Part shown: in pieces, positions 12,000 through 24,600 of the stretch
How the letters are laid out: each line of letters starts with the position of its first letter
Position numbering within the stretch: position 1 is the first letter of the stretch
Source: Octopus vulgaris
Lineage: Eukaryota
Assembly (NCBI GenBank): GCA_951406725.2
Contig: OX597817.1
Span: 61,628,001-61,692,000 of the forward strand
Direction: 5' to 3'
Length of the DNA stretch: 64,000 nt
Translations under genes and position numbers: made by a program
Notes under the pieces: model-generated
Database searches by the model: none
What the model saw: the letters and a program-made list of their open reading frames with translations, nothing else
Told to the model about the DNA's origin: nothing

Positions 12000-12370
12000 T
12001 TAAACTCTTTAGCAATTAACCCTTTCATTACCAACCCGGCTGAAACCGGCTCTGAGTACAAATGTCTTGTTTTTTTATAAGTTTTGAATTAAAATCTTCC
12101 ACCAAACCTTAGTCACAATTTATGTTCCTAACACTAACTTAATGTTAACTAAGTTATTTTACTATATTCTTTGTTATATTCAAAGAAACACAGAACATCT
12201 CAAAATAAATACGGTAACGAAAGGATTAAACCTGCCATTATCTGGGTCCCAAATATTCTGCCTGTTTTATGTTCAAACCATCCAGATCTGACCTTTCACA
12301 CTCACCCTACAATGTCATTCAAAAAATAAACAATCACAGCATTGAAATCACCAAGCCATGAGAATGCATG
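12000..12370 (+). mobile_element. piggyBac-type MITE interrupted by a second MITE
   Basis: TTAAACTCTTTAGCA start, resuming at 12230; the reverse complement matches 38350-38509, which ends AAAGGGTTAA. Confidence 0.65.
12020..12225. mobile_element. piggyBac-type MITE (inner, nested)
   Basis: TTAA TSD at 12016-12019 and 12226-12229; TIRs CCCTTTCATTACC and GGTAACGAAAGGA. Confidence 0.85.
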
Positions 12371-13077
12371 CTTATTTCTGTTTTAATTCATAAATTTATA
12401 AATCGTTAAAAGATTTTCATTATGTTAAAGATTTTAATTTGTCTTTGGTTTCATTCCATAGTAAAGGTTGCTTAAGGCATAACTTCAAATTTCTTTGTAT
12501 TAAAAGATTTCTGTTACACTTTTAACACTTGAACGCATTATGAGACCCAGAACAATTGCATAGATTTTTATAATAATGACTTGTTTTGCTGGCTGCAAGA
12601 CCCCAATAATGATAATAATGTTTTATGCTAACACATTTTAATGAACAGAAAAGGAAATTAATAGTCTCGACTTTAGCCTCACCCAGTTTTACCGTTTCTG
12701 TAAATAATGATTCCTTTCAGAGAGAGAGAGTGAGTGTGTGTTTTACTCACTTAATGAAATAATGCACTGCCTTTGTTTAGTTTGTTCCTAGAATGCATTA
12801 GCACAATTGATTTTTAAGCTTTTAATGTTTTATATTAAACATTTCCACAGATCTCCCTCTATTCAAACACACACACACATAGATGCATAATGTTTTACAT
12901 ACATACATACTCACTCACATACATCTTAATGATTTTACAAATCTTTTGGGTGGGATTTATTTATAATGTGTGTGTCTCCCTTTATAGTGTAAGCAAATAT
13001 TTGTTATATTTGGTTTTATATATATATATACGGTTTAAGTAATTGAGATTCAAGTGAATTCTAATGAATTCACATGA

Positions 13078-13264
13078 ATGTGGCACGTAAAAAGCACCCA
13101 CTACACTCACGGAGTGGTTGGCGTTAGGAAGGGCATCCAGCTGTAGAAACACTGCCAGATCTGACTGGGCCTGATGAAGCCTTCCAGCTTCACAGACCCC
13201 AGTTGAACCGTCCAACCCATGCTAGCATGGAAAACGGACACTAAATGATGATGATGATGATGAT
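13078..13264 (+). mobile_element. RTE LINE 3' terminal fragment
   Basis: TGGCACGTAAAAAGCACCCACTACACTC through the (TGA)n tail. Confidence 0.88.
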
Positions 13265-13331
13265 GGTCCTTAACTAGGATGCACCGGAAATCTATATGGT
13301 GTTAACCATACGACAAGTGGGGTGATTACAA

Positions 13332-13613
13332 ATAGGAAAAAAAGCAACAAGAATGGATTAAAATATCGGTACAATTGTTTCGTATGAGGACATCTTTAAT
13401 AAGCTACAAAAAATGCAGTAAATAACTTTCTTCAATGCAGTTAAACTCACACCCTCATTTGTATCCACCCCTTTTGATGTTTGGGAATCTCTGATGTTTT
13501 TTCGGCTGACAAGTACGAGCCATCTATATTTACTGCATTTTTTGTAGCTTATTAAAGATGTCCTTGTACGAAACAATTGTACCGATATTTTAATCCATTC
13601 TTGTTGCTTTTTT

Positions 13614-13618
<5 letters not shown>
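13332..13618. mobile_element. Foldback element with about 92-bp inverted arms (probably Penelope-LTR derived)
   Basis: 13332-13424 is nearly the exact reverse complement of 13527-13618; arms contain CGAAACAATTGTA; followed by (TA)n. Confidence 0.75.
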
Positions 13619-13651
<33 letters not shown>

Positions 13652-14850
13652 CAAGAAAGAACAAATTTCAAAGATCAGTGTTCGTATCCACTCAATATAT
13701 TTCAAAGCATTGGAATACTTCACACGCATATATATATGTGACAGGCTTCTTTCAGTTTCCATCTATCAAATCCACTCACAAGGCTTTGGTCGGCCCAAGG
13801 CTATAGTAGAAGAGTGAGTGTGTGTTTTACTCACTTAATGGTGCCACACAATGGGACTGAACCCAGAACCATGTGGTTGGGAAGCAAGCTTCTTGATACT
13901 CAGCCATACCTGCGCTTTATATCTCCATGGGTTTTTATGCCTAAGTTTGTCACCCCCCACTGCTTGATTACTTGTATTGGTTTGTTTACATCCCTGTAAC
14001 TTAGAGGTTTCACTATACCAGACTAAAAAAAACAAAAACAAAAAAAAAAACAGGTTGATTTGCTCCAGCACCATCTGGAAAGGTTCTGGTCAAACAGATG
14101 GCTTTTATGGGGAGCTGGCACATAGCATAGGGGAACGGATAGGTGAACACTGGTGGGAGCTCAAAGAGGAGAAAGGCTTGTCAGTGCTCTACCAACATGC
14201 TTTATAATAGAGGCTCAGTTAATAACTAGATGCTAAAGGGTTATCAATGCATAGAACAGACACAACGCTTAGGTTACAGAGGACACACACACACACACAA
14301 TAACAGACAGACCAAGCCTCTAAAGAAAACATGAATGGGACGATGAACCCTCCCTCCATCACCATCACACTGTGCAATGTGGCGACTAAAACCAGAATGA
14401 GATGGAAAATAAGACAGATACAAACAGTAGAATACAGAAACCCATATATATATATATATATATACAGAAAAAAGACATACCTAAGACAAAATGGGTGTGT
14501 GGGGATAGAGATGATTAAATAAATGAAAAAATAAAGGGCACACATACAAACAGTATAGTAAGGGAACTTATATACACACACATACAAGATAGAGACGTGC
14601 ACACACAAATATGGACGCAAAAGCAAGAACGAATAAGGATACACACAGACAGAATAGAGTAAACTGAAGAGGAGGAGACATGTGGGATGGTGAGTCACTG
14701 AAGAGGTCACAGGATGTGTGATGAAAGTTTTGTCGACAAAGTACATAAAATAAGAACAATACAAAGAATCTGAAGTGAAGAACGAATGTATACAAGTGCG
14801 TGTGTTTATTTGGTAAGAAAAATCAGTGACTATACCGAAATATAACAAAA

Positions 14851-14888
<38 letters not shown>

Positions 14889-14893
<5 letters not shown>

Positions 14894-15250
14894 CAAAATA
14901 AAAACATGATGCAAAGGATTTAGTGGTACATATGTTTCGGGCCTTTATTAGACAGTTTATAACAATGCATAATTGATGTAAATGTGTGTCTATAGCCTTC
15001 TTCAGCCGCGTACAATTACTACTTCAAGGACATGTATTACATTATAAGTTTTACGTTGGAGATGCAAATCCTCATAGTCGTGTACGACAGAGCGAGGCAC
15101 CAAAACAAAATCAAAGCGTCCATCCCTTTTTTCACTCGATGTAGAAGTAGTAATTGTACGTGGCTGAAGAAGGCTATAGACAATTATGCATTGTTATAAA
15201 GGCCCGAAACATATGTACCGCTAAATCCTTTGCATCATGTTTTTATTTTG

Positions 15251-15255
<5 letters not shown>
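14889..15255. mobile_element. Foldback element with inverted arms, each carrying a hammerhead-like motif, inserted in (TA)n
   Basis: 14889-15025 is the reverse complement of 15144-15255 apart from two deletions and a few substitutions; (TA)n on both sides. Confidence 0.82.
15160..15221 (+). ncRNA. Minimal type I hammerhead ribozyme-like motif (mirror copy on - at 14923-15009)
   Basis: GTGG-CTGAAGA-A-GGC..GCC-C-GAAA-C-ATAT-G-TA-CCGC: core CUGANGA/GAAA, stem I GUGG/CCGC, palindromic ACAUAUGU stem III, GUA cleavage triplet. Confidence 0.55.
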
Positions 15256-15281
<26 letters not shown>

Positions 15282-15879
15282 AGTATGCTTTTGACTGATT
15301 TGTTGGTGTCTGTGCAACTCAATACACAAGCATTTCATATTTGTGTGTTTCAGTAACTCGTGTATTTCTTCTTTTGAATAGTTTTTTTTTTGTGTGTGAT
15401 TTTATAGAATTAGCTTTCTAGATTGTTTTCTGCAAAGCTGGACGGTTGGGTGACATCTGTAGACTCAGTTGGACATGCTTTGGAATCCTAATGATTATTT
15501 CTGAGAGGAGTTTATGGAGGAGGCACTCGAAGACTCCTCCACTGCCCCATTTCAGGAATCGTGGATCGCAAAAATGGATAGATTGAGGGTTTACATAGTT
15601 CTCTTTATCTTTCTTTCTTTTTTATTAAACTGTCAGCCTTATCTTCACATTTCTTGATTTCAATACTCATTTAAAAAAAAAAAAAAGACCTCTTCCCAGA
15701 AAAAGTTTTTTTTGTTTTTTCTGAAGTCCAGTACAGAAAAATGGTTAAAAATATAGGTAACTGGAACTGCAAAGATGTAATGTGAAATATAAAAATAATA
15801 ACGATGATGATAATCCTACTAATCCCAGGATTTTTAAGTTTGGTTCCGGGCAGTGACCATAATAATAATAATAATATTA

Positions 15880-15990
15880 GGAATAAGAAGTTTCCCCAAG
15901 ACACCTGATGAGGGCTGGAGGGTGTATCAGCTGGGTCAGTTGGCGACAAGCAAGATGAGGCCAAGTGTCCGTCAAATGTAAATAATGTAC
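15880..15990 (+). repeat. Penelope-LTR-like short repeat with a broken hammerhead motif
   Basis: CACCTGATGAGGGCTG...CAGCT retains CUGAUGA and stem II but lacks GAAA. Confidence 0.4.
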
Positions 15991-16164
15991 TTATTTTTGA
16001 ATTCTAATTGAATTACACTTTTTATTTCAGTACTTTCTGAAATTTTACTGGGTGTGTGTCTCTCACATTGTTTCAGACGAAATGCTGGTGCAAGTTTGCC
16101 TTGCATCCTTTCAACCCTCAAAAGACAAAATTGCCCTAGTGTGCTAACCACTCTGCCATCTTAT

Positions 16165-16380
16165 AATAATAATCCTTTCTATTAAAGGTGCAAGGCCTAA
16201 AATTTTAGGGAGAGGACTAGTCAATTAGAGTGACCCCAGTTTTTCACTGATACTTAATTTATTGACCTCGAAATGATGAAAAGCAAAGTTGACCATTGCA
16301 GAATTTGAACTCAGAATATAGCGACAAGCGAAATACCGCTAAGCATTTTGTTCAGCTTGCTAATGATTCTGCCAGCTCGC
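16165..16380 (-). mobile_element. Head-2 SINE with (ATT)n tail
   Basis: Minus strand GCGAGCTGGCAGAATC...GAGTTCAAATTC (B box)...TTTGCTTTTCATC...AAATTAAGTA, ending AGGCCTTG...AGAAAGGATTATTATT. Confidence 0.8.
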
Positions 16381-16821
16381 AGAAGGACAATTAAGTGCAA
16401 AATATTTGGTCGTGGTAACATTTGATGAAATTTTGGTGTGTGTAAACAGTGGTGTGCAGTGAAAGCTGCTTACTGTGGTCATTTTGGAATGAGAATTTCT
16501 TGATAACATTAAACAGTGGATGTAACAATATCTGGACCTCTGATATTAATTAAGATGATCATTTTGGTAACATTATCCAAAGCTATGAAAAGCAGTTTCT
16601 ACTCTGTGTGTGTGTGTGTGTGTGTGAACAAATACAAATTGGAAACAACATAGTTATATACTCATACACATGCTTACAGCTGTGCATACGTAATACAGCA
16701 ATTTATACACACATACATACATCTGTGCATACATATTACAGTTATCTATACACATCAAATATATTCCATTTGCACACGTGTGTGTAATATATCCAAAAAT
16801 AATGAAATTATACATCATGAT

Positions 16822-17041
16822 AATTAACCTTTCTACTATAGGGCACAAGGCTTGAAGTTTTGAGAGTGGGGGCTACTCAATTACATCGGTCCCAGTGCAG
16901 AACTGGTATTTATTTCATTGACCCCTGAAAGGATAAAAGGCAAAGTTGACCTCAGCAGAATTTGAACTCATAACAAAGAGAGCGCAAAGAAATACTTCTC
17001 GGCATTTTGTCCGACATGCTAACAATTCTGCCAGCTTGCCA
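16822..17041 (-). mobile_element. Head-2 SINE with (ATT)n-type tail
   Basis: Same family as 16165-16380. Confidence 0.8.
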
Positions 17042-17610
17042 TGTTGATGATGAGTATGATGATGATGATAATAGATTAAATAAAAGGATAAAAATATTAA
17101 ACAAATAGGTATTTAAAGTAAATATTTTACCAGTAAAATTTTCTCTTCTTAAGAAATACCATCATTCTTTCATCCCTGGTGCTCTATGGCAGATTCTAGG
17201 TTATTCTGTTGGTAGTAGTTGTGATTCTGGTATCATATGTCTTACATATTTATTCACAGGCATGGTCCTCTCTCTCACACACACACGCTTCTCAACTCTC
17301 TGTATATTGTGTTCTGTGTCTTCTCTCTCTCTCTCTCTTACTTTCTTTGGTGCCATTTAGTGTCTGTCTCAAATCGTCTTCCGTGCTTTGATATTCAATT
17401 TCTTCAGTCGCACCAGCTGCGTATAATAATAAAAAGAAACCCCACTCTCTCTCTCGCTCTTTCTTTTCTCCACCCAGATGCACACTTAACTCTGTGTGTG
17501 TTTGTGAGAGAGATTTTAAATATAATCTCTTACATGTGTTCATAAATAGTAACATAAACCAATACTTCATTCTCTGTGTGTGTGTCTCTCGCGCCTCATC
17601 TATGTGTATA

Positions 17611-17657
<47 letters not shown>

Positions 17658-17864
17658 GTGTATGTGTTTGTTTTTGCTGGTTTCAGTGAAAGGCTGTGGC
17701 CTTTCTGGGGATGTCTGTATATATATGTGAATATATACATATAAGAGGGATGACCACTATGTGGACATCCATTATGCTAGAAGTAGATCCGCTATGGTCT
17801 TACCACTAAGAAAGGAATGTTCTCAAGAACATTTATATGTGAATATATGTATATGCCTGAGATT

Positions 17865-18200
17865 ATGTTGTAAGAAACTTGCTTCCCAACCATGTGTTTC
17901 CAGGTTCAGTCCTATTGTGTGGCACCTTAGGCAAGAGTCTTCTACTATAGCCTTGAGCTGACCAAAGCTTTGTCAGTGGATGTGGTAAATGGAAACTGAA
18001 AGAAGCCTGTTGTTTGTCCCCACCCCACTGCTTGACAACTGGTGTTGGTGCATTTGCATCCCTGTAACTTAGCAGTTCAGCAAAAGAGTCTGATAGAATA
18101 AGTACCAGACTTTAAAAAATGGTAAAATGTAGCGAGGTTGATTCATTCGGTTAAAATTCTTCAAAGTAGTGCTCCAGCATGGCCGCAGTCTAATGACAAA
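17865..18200 (+). mobile_element. Head-1 SINE with CR1-like tail
   Basis: GGTTCAGTCC head; tail GTGCTCCAGCATGGCCGCAGTCTAATGAC. Confidence 0.82.
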
Positions 18201-18336
18201 CAATATATAAACGGCTTGCACACAAATTGAAAACTGGCCTAAATACTTCTACACATAATTTAGTTATGGGACTATTCTTGTTGTTTGTCTCATTGTAGGT
18301 GTGTGTGTTTTGAGTGGAAAACCAGACAAACACATT

Positions 18337-18376
<40 letters not shown>

Positions 18377-18854
18377 GCGAGCTTAGTCAACTCCAGCTTT
18401 ACTATCAATCCGTTTCCTCTTTCTCTCCCCAACCATACTCTACTCTTTTGACACACCAAATCTTTCTTTCCATTGTCTTCTACTTTCCCAAGAATCCAAA
18501 CTACTTGCAAGGGTCCTTATTTTACTCCAAAGACAGTGATTGGAACAATAGAAAACAAGACACATAGGAATGTGTTTATTTTTTTGCCCTCTCAACATTC
18601 TGCATCAATCCTATCTGAGTCTTTTTTTGCTATTCTTTCCTCAGTAATCAAGAAAACAAAATGGTCTTGGATTGGATCCACTTTATGCACCACCAACACC
18701 AGCACCTTAGAATTTCTCATGGTTTTATGCCAATCTGAGGAATTATTATTACTCCAGGGTTTAGAATATCTGGAGAAAAGAGCCTTTGTGAACAATTGTT
18801 CTCTGTAACATTACACACCAGGCATCCTATAATTAAGGCAGAATTTCATATAGG

Positions 18855-19236
18855 CATAGTGGCAAGAAGTTTGCTTTCCGATCTCATGGTCTCAGGTTCA
18901 GTCCCTCTGCATGCCACTTTGCTCAAGTGGCTTTCATAATCTCAGGCCAACTTAATGTCTTGTGAGTGGATTTAATAAACAAGCTGAAAGAAGCCTGTCA
19001 TATGAGAGCACACACACGTGAGTGTGTTACTGTCTTCCTTGCCTTCACTGCATATTTTGATAGTCGTAAACAAGTACCCCCGTTATGTAAGCAGTGTCTT
19101 TAGTTTCCAATGTTCTGTGAAAACATCTGGTGAGAGTTGGCAACAGGAAGCACATACAACTGGAGAAAATCAACCTCAATAAATCCCATCCAATCCATGA
19201 CAGCATGGAAAAGAGGATGTTAAAACAATGATGATG
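18855..19236 (+). mobile_element. Head-1 SINE with RTE-type tail
   Basis: GGTTCAGTCCC head; tail CAGCATGGAAAAGAGGATGTTAAAACAATGATGATG. Confidence 0.75.
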
Positions 19237-19459
19237 AGTTTAGAAAATACTGTCTTCTTTACTGGACAGCCAATGTGTGTGTGTGCTGTGTACATCTAGA
19301 TGCCTGTTTCTAAGAGACACACAATTCCATTTCACATATGCATCTCATCTTTTCTCTCTCGTTCATACAAATTTGCTCTTCTGCCCCTTCCTTATCCACT
19401 CATACTTTTGGAATATATCCTGTTTCTTTGGAAATGGTATCTTCATTCCATACACAATA

Positions 19460-19845
19460 TGGCTGTGTGGTTAAGAAACTTGTTTTGTAACCATGTGGCT
19501 CTGGGTTCAGTCCCACTGTAGAGCACCTTGGGCAAGTAGCTGCTGCTCCAATAGAACTAGGCTGACCAATTCCTTTGAGTGGATTTGCCAGGTGGAAACT
19601 TTATGGAAACCTGTTGTGTGTGTGTGTGTGAATGTATTTGAGTTTGTATCCCACACTCCTCTGCTTGACAACCAGTGCTGGTTTGTTTATGTCCCTGTAA
19701 TATAGCTGATCAAGAAAAAGGGATTTATAGAATAAGTAATAGACTTAAAAAAATAAGTCCTGGGGTCGATTTGTTTGACTGACCCCTTCAAAATGATGTC
19801 TTAGCATAGCTAGAGTTCAGTGACTGAAACAAGAAGATAAAAAGG
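19460..19845 (+). mobile_element. Head-1 SINE with CR1-like tail
   Basis: GGCTGTGTGGTTAAGAA...GGGTTCAGTCCCACTG head; tail GTGACTGAAACAAG. Confidence 0.78.
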
Positions 19846-21179
19846 CTAAAAATGAAGATAGACAATCTAGAAGGCATTAATTTTCTAGAATATCTAGTTG
19901 CTCAGTTCTCAGGACAAATCCTGCTGTCAATGGTTGTCTGTCGATGGTGTTTATGCATTAAGTATGATACCTAGATGGCCATTTTGATACAATACTGCCT
20001 CAATTGTGTATACTGGACTTTTGACTCAGCTGGTTGGCTATTTGCAACATTTTACTGTTTCATCAATTGGAAGTGACAAATTCTTATCCAAGGATGTGGC
20101 TGACTGTAAGTAAGCGCTATTAAAAAGTCCAAAATGCATCTGGCGCTGAGACTGGGATCAACTATTGTCACCTTTATGTTTCTACACAGCATGTCTGTAA
20201 AAGATGTTATCTCAGGACAAATTCCCTAGTAACTAGCCTATCAATGGTGTACATAATTATTGAATATGATACATGGATAACTATGTTCCTATTGATTTTT
20301 GTGTATATATGCACAAGTATGTTTGTAATCATAAAATTAATGTACCTGATACTTATTTAAATTCTTTACTTTTATTTTATTTTATTTTATTTATTTTATT
20401 TTTTTTTTTAGTTTCAGCTCAAAAGTTTATCATTAAATAAATACTTCAATTCTACCATTCTGCTGCCATTAGTAAACTTGGAGCCACTCCGCTTGAGACT
20501 AAGCTACTTGTTGGTGAAAGGCAACTGACATGAGAATGAGTGATGAAAGGACTTTGTGCTAAAATACTGTCTCAGTCACTGTTATTGCTTCATCTACACT
20601 CCGCTCCCAACGTTTCCTCGAGGGTTCCTTATTTTTGCATTCATTGAGATTTCAGTTGATGTCGTTCAACGTCATTTTAGGTTTGCATAAATTATCTCCC
20701 TTTGATTTAATATTCCACACTAGATTTGATAATTAAAAAATAATAAAAACCGAGTAGAAGTTATCATTTAATTGCTATTTAGTGGTGTTTGTGCAATTTT
20801 AAGTAATTGTACCGTGTTTCATGATTTAAACTACCAATTTACATTTTAGCTGATTATTGCAGTAATACTTTCAATAGGTTATTGCAAAACTGGCAAGAAA
20901 TAATATAGTATATTGAACTTATTGTATACACTGTTCCTAAACTATTTCGTGTGTGTGTCTGTCTGTCTGTATTTTCCAGAAGTGAAAATACCAGAGTTCT
21001 TAGATTCCATGTTCAAATCCACTGCCAGTGTTTTGCTGTATTTTGGACAGTTGTGCACTGAATTCCGTATATTTCCTCCAGCAAAGTTATCAAGACCAAC
21101 TCTTAGAATTTCTGCAAATATTATTGGATAGAAAATAATCTTCTGATGCATTTTATATTTCGTGTGCAATAAGTAGAAT

Positions 21180-21690
21180 CGTGGCTGTTGTAGTTGATCA
21201 GCTTACTTCCCAACTGCATGGTCTTCGGTTCAGTCTTACTGTATGGCATCTTTGGGCGTCTTCTACTACAGTCCAGGTTGACCAAAGCCTTGTGAGTGGA
21301 TTTTGTAGAGAGAAACTGAGAGAAGCCCATCATATAATATATATGTGGGCTGTTCTTACATATATTATGTGAGAGAGAGAGAGTCCAACTCGTGCCTGCA
21401 TGGAAAAAAAAAAACAGGACAGTAAATGATCATTTCACACACAGAGACACACACACACATGTGCGTTTGTTTGTACTTTTATCTTGATGTCACATCATGG
21501 TTGCAGACAAGCATCATCATCATCATCATACAAACAAGCTTGTTCATTTCCAGTTTTCTGTGGCAAACCTGTTTGGCCTTGCAGACATATTTTACTTGGC
21601 AAGAGTATCTGGCCATAGAAAGAAATCTGCCTGAACGTATCCCCTCTGATTCTCGTAAGCATGGTAAAATAGATGTTAAATGATAATGAT
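21180..21690 (+). mobile_element. Head-1 SINE fragments with RTE-type tails
   Basis: GGTTCAGTC head at about 21228; tails GCATGGAAAA (about 21400) and GCATGGTAAAATAGATGTTAAATGATAATGATG (about 21660-21690). Confidence 0.65.
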
Positions 21691-24600
21691 GCTACACACC
21701 ATGAAACTGGAAACTCTTGGAGTGTTTCAACACTTCAAATTTATGGAATTTTTTTTTTTTTTTTTGTTATTGTTGGTTTTTATCCCAAGCTAAGCACACT
21801 CCTGTAGATCTCGCATCAGACATTGCAACCATAGCATCTCATCTTTATTATTTTTTTCTCCAAGACTCTGTATCTAATGTGTCATATCTAATGGACATTA
21901 GATATGAAGTGGGATTTGAGGAAAAAAATTTCAGTATTATTTGTAGACTGAAAGAAAAAGTACAAAAAAAAAAGGAAAAGCATGAATGCTGGGGTTGACT
22001 TGTTTGATTTAAAACCCTTCACGGTAGTGCTCCAGCATGGCTGCTGTTTAATATCTGAAACAAGTAAAAGATAAAAGATAACTATCTTTCTTTATTCAAT
22101 AATTACTTTAAATCTCTTCTTTTCCTTTTTGCCTTTTATCTTCTGTTTGTGTGTGTGTGGGGGGGGGGGGAGAAAGAAACAGCTAAGACATGGACAAAAA
22201 TGTGCCTAGATATGTTGAGATTGCTGATATGAGAGATAGCAGTTGTGTAAGTGAATCCTAGAAGCAACCACATGGGCAGCATTCTAGAAATGTTCTTACT
22301 TATCACTTTTGGCCACTCATTTCAACATCTAAGTGGGAAAACAGATGCATACACACACACACATGCATATTTTTTGTAGTTAGATGTATCTGCATATTTA
22401 CACGTACATATACCAAAAATATATACTCAAAATGCATAGACACAAGAATATATCAGAGCAAGTAAAGTTTAGCACACACACACTCATAGAGAAAGGAAAT
22501 CTTAGGCTGAAGAATTTATTGAAAAATGCATGGGCATGTATGTTTGAGAATGAGCAATTGTAAGTGTGTGTGTGTTTATGATGTCAAACAGCATTTAATT
22601 CAGTTTCTTTAATAGTAGTAATAAAATCATCAAACTCTGTTGTATTCTAATCACACAATCAATTTTCCTTTCTAGAACCAGTTTTTTTTTTTTTTATCAT
22701 ACAACCAAAAACATCCTACTCTGCCGCTCTAGTTTATTTAGCTGTCCTTAGGGGCCTTATCCTTTTTATTTCTCTTTCTCCAAGTTGATGTAGGGGGAGA
22801 CTTTTTTTCCTTTCTTTTTTAATTCCATTTTATTTCTTCAAATGATAATCTGCTGCCAAACCCTGTTCTCTGTTTTCTATTAACTATTTATAGCTTATGG
22901 TACTCACTACTCTCTTACAGCTGGCATTGGTGGCAGGGATGTTAGCTAGATCACTAACACATCTTCTTCGCTATGCTTTTTCCTTCTTGCTCTTCTCGTC
23001 CTTTCCTCCCACTTTCCAAATATCTGTAGATTCATTGCACCCTAGTCTAGAAGATTCTTTACACTTCTGTCTATCTCATATCCTCTCTCACTCATTCACT
23101 CATACATCACACACTCACTTTCTCTCTTCAACAGCCCAATATTTTTCTTAGCACAGACAAACTCGTCTGTAAATGCTTCTTCTCTCTACATAGGCATTTG
23201 GCACTTAGGTGTAGCAGCCATCTTGTGAACCTAGGCTACTTTAGTGCTGCTACCATTTCGAAACGGGGGTAAAACTGCTGGGCATTCATTTCGTTATTTC
23301 TTTCAAAGTATAACTAATCTAATAACAAATTCTTTAATGAAAATCATCAAAAGATTTTTTCTAATGTTTTTTACTTTTATAAATTTATAAAATTTATTAT
23401 TTATAATTGAGGATTTAGATATTCACATGTGTGAATACTATCATCATCTCCTCTAACATACCAATAATTTTGAGAGAAATTAGATGAACAAACACCCTCC
23501 TTTTTTTCTTTAAATTTTGGAACTGGAAAGAGAACACAAGTTAAAGGGTAGTAACAACAACAATAACACAAGAGAAAAAAAAAAAGGGCTGAAATAAAAC
23601 CCCTTTCAAGTAAAGAGAAAAAGATAAATGGAGACAAAATACCATCATAGTGGAAACATGGAAGGAAAAAATTGCCAAAGCTGCTACATGTGACAAAGTC
23701 TAAGACTGAGTATTTAGAGTGGATGACGCTGCATTCTTTAATTGTTCGTTTGCCAACTGTCTCTTCAGAGTGAAGAAGACTGAGTGTCTTGAACTAAAGA
23801 TTCCCATTTCTATGTGTCTCATTTTGTTAAACCAACCCTGTTTCCCCTGTTATCACTTGTGATTGGATAATTCTACTCCCCAACAAGGTGTGTCTTCTGC
23901 CAATTGCTGACTGGGTTTCTATTGGTTTAGCAGTGAAGACAACAGCAATAGCAAAGGAAAAAAAACAAAACAAAAACAGACAGAAAAAAAAAAGGCAAAT
24001 ATACGCGTGTGTATATGATGACAACAAAGATGACACTTTCTATTGGCTGGATGTTTATATCTTTTGGGATTTACTCTTATGGACTTATTTGATAAACCAT
24101 ATTTTGATATTTGGTTTAAATTTTCTCCGTTGTTTCTATCTCTCTCGTACTTTCTCTTTTACTTAAGTATACCCACCTCTCTCTCTCTCTCTCTCTCTGC
24201 CATACACAAATACACACATAAAACCAAGAAAAAAGTAAAATAAGAAAGAAAAAAAAAACGAGATTTATTTTCATGCATGCTTACACACACACACACACAC
24301 ACTCATTTCAAAGTTTCAGTAGATCTGCTAGAGTTCCAAAGTATGGTCCTTTCGTAACAAAAACAGAATAGAAACCCATCAACCCATCATTTATGCAAAC
24401 AGACAAATGTAGAAAGGGAGGAGACTGCATGCATCAGCCAAACCTCAAAATTCCGTTGCATGCTTCATTGAACAGGAAACCATAATTATTTCTTCTGTTC
24501 CTTATTAACTTCTCCATTACCTTCCTCACTCTTTTTCTCTCCATATATATATTTATGTGTGTATGATAATCCATTCCATCCTGCTCTTCTGCTTCCTCTA

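Noticed and set aside
13171-13195. CTGATGA hammerhead core
   Set aside because: It is a mutated form of the RTE UTR sequence CTGGTGCAGCC, with no GAAA or stems.
14219-14914. 231-aa minus-strand ORF
   Set aside because: Low-complexity and microsatellite-laden, with no recognisable domain or splice signals.
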